Origin: Camelus dromedarius
Lineage: Eukaryota
NCBI RefSeq assembly: GCF_036321535.1
Contig: NC_087436.1
Span: 115,570,001-115,634,000, forward strand
Direction of reading: 5' to 3'
DNA: 64,000 nt
The notes beneath the pieces are model-generated. The model did no database searches. It was not told the origin of the DNA and saw only the letters and a list, made by a program, of their open reading frames with translations. This document shows positions 62,083 through 64,000 of the stretch, one piece after another; positions within the stretch are counted from its first letter, which is position 1, and the number at the start of each line of letters is the position of its first letter. Position numbers and translations under genes: made by a program.

Positions 62083-64000
62083 TAAATTGAGTTTAAGAAA
62101 ATTCCATTTACAACATCATACTAAAGACTAAAATGCTTAGGAATAAATGTCGTCAGGCAGGCAAAATTGTTGTACACCAAAAACTATAAAACACTGATGA
62201 AAAAAGAATACATGAATAAAATGGAAAGATATCATGTGTGAACGTGTTAGAAGACTTAATACTGTTAAAATGGCCATACTACCCAAAGAATCAATGCTGT
62301 CCTCATGAAAACATCACTTTTTTTTACAGAAACACCAAAAACTAATTCTAAAATTCATACGAAAACACAAAAGACTCAGAATAGCCAAAGTGATTCTGAG
62401 AAAGCAGTGTAAAGCTAGAGGTATAATACTTTCCAATTTCAAAACGTATTACAAAGCTACAGGAAACTAAAACAATATAGTACTGGAATAAAGACAAACC
62501 TGTAGACCAATGGAACAGAACAGAGTCCAGAATTAAACCCATGCATAGAGCATACCTAGAAAACTGACCTTCGACAAGGATGCCAATAATTTACAATGAG
62601 GAGAAGATAATGTTTTCAACAAGAAGTGTTGGGAAAACTGGATATTCACATGCAAAAGAATGAAATTGGGGCCCTATCTTACCATACACAAAAATAAACT
62701 CTAAATGGACTAAACACTTACACATTAGACCTGAAGCTGTAAAATTCTTTAAAAAAAAAGTCATTAGAGGAAAACCTTCTTAACATCAGTCTTGGCAACA
62801 ATTTCTTGGATATGACACCAAAAGCACAATCAACAAAAGCAAAGTTAGACAAGTGGGATTATATCCAACTAAAAAGCTTCTGCACAGCAAAGGAAGCAAC
62901 CTGCAGAAGAAAAAGCAATCTAAAGACTGGGAGAAAACATTTGCAAACTATATATCTGAAAAAGGGCTGATTTCCAAAATGTAAAAGAATGCCTACAACT
63001 TAATGGCAACAAAACAAAACACAACACAACAACAAATAACAATTAAAAATGGGTAAAGGACTTGAACAACTTTTTTTTCCAAATAAGATATACTAATAGA
63101 TAGCAGGTGTATAAAACAATGCTCGACATCGTTAATTATCAGGGAAATTAAAATCAAAACTATGGTGAGATACCTCCTCAAATCTGTTAGGATTACTATT
63201 CTTTAAAAAATCAAAGATAACAGGTGTGGAGAACTGCATATGTCATTTTTGTACATTGTACACTCCTGGCACTTTTGTCGAAGGTTGGTTTATTGTATAT
63301 GCTATACGTGTGGGTTTAATTCTGGGCTGTCTGTTATGTTCTATTGGTCTACAGGTTTGTCTTTATTCCAGTACTTTATTGTTTTAGTAACTGTGGCTTT
63401 GTAATACGTTTTGAAATTGGAAAGTATTATACCTCTAGCTTTACACTGCTTTCTCAAAATCACTTTAGCCCTACGCTAGGGCTGGTGTAATTGAAGCCCT
63501 TATTCTGTTAATGGGAATGTAATTTGGTGCAAAGACTGTGGGAAACAGTATGGAGGTACCTCAAAAATGTAAAAAAGAACAGCCATGTGATCAGCAATAC
63601 CATTTCTGAGTATATATATACAAAAGTTGAAATCAGGATAATGAGGCAATTATCTGCTCTCCCACGTTTATTGTAGCATTATTTACAATAGATAACACGG
63701 AAACAACTCAAGTGTCCATTGATGGATGAATGGATAAAGATAATGCGATACATACATATAATGGAATATTGTTCAGCCAAGAGAAATACGGAAATCCTGC
63801 AGTGTGTGATAACATGGATGAACCTTGAGGATATCATGCTAACTGAAATAAGCTGGTTACAGATGGACGAATACTACATGATTCCACTTATATGAGGAAT
63901 CTAAAATAGACAAACCCATAGAAGCAGCGAAAACAATAGTTTGGGGTTGGTAGGTGGGGAAAATGGGAAGTTGCTTAATGGATACAAAGTTTTGGCTTTG
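62083..64000 (+). mobile_element. 5'-truncated LINE-1 (L1MA-like), ORF2 3' half and 3' UTR, running off the window end
   Basis: Contains aatggaaagatatcatgtg..ctgttaaaatggccatactacccaaag, ccatacacaaaaataaactc, ctaaaaagcttctgcacagcaaagga, and aagtgtccattgatggatgaatggataaag. Confidence 0.92.
63254..63469 (-). repeat. Inverted copy of 62384-62598 inserted within the same L1
   Basis: The reverse complement aligns over ~215 bp, including a 61-bp perfect tract matching 62397-62457. Confidence 0.92.

Noticed and set aside
1..64000. Short six-frame ORFs as protein-coding genes
   Set aside because: All are 184 aa or shorter, many start at non-ATG codons, and many overlap repeats or microsatellites. 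None resembles a protein I recognise, apart from L1 ORF2 remnants.
1..64000. Prokaryote-type novel system (CRISPR array, operon, defence island)
   Set aside because: The sequence is mammalian non-coding DNA, with no gene-dense region and no regular repeat-spacer array.

Overview
This window is not prokaryotic. It is AT-rich, CpG-depleted mammalian intronic or intergenic DNA, most likely from a camelid (alpaca, llama or camel). That call rests on two tRNA-Ala(AGC)-derived vic-1-like SINEs, an artiodactyl-type L1 3' UTR, and the lack of recognisable Alu, Bov-tA/BovB, PRE1 or Can-SINE copies. I found no protein-coding exon, functional RNA gene or CRISPR array. The only ORFs with recognisable protein similarity are decayed LINE-1 ORF2 pieces. 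Much of the window is transposon debris: L1, L2, MIR, ERV1 solo LTRs with 4-bp TSDs, MaLR/ERVL LTRs, hAT MITEs and microsatellites. I see no convincing novel biological system. The most notable structures are: (1) a ~215-bp inverted self-copy inside the terminal L1, with perfect-identity tracts and a hairpin at its junction; (2) a compact promoter/first-exon-like module near 6.4-6.6 kb; (3) a nested L2 > old L1 > young L1/SINE cluster; (4) three related MER41-like solo LTRs; (5) several unique, CpG-retaining patches that could be enhancers. Subfamily names are from my recollection of consensus sequences, and boundaries of old repeats are approximate.
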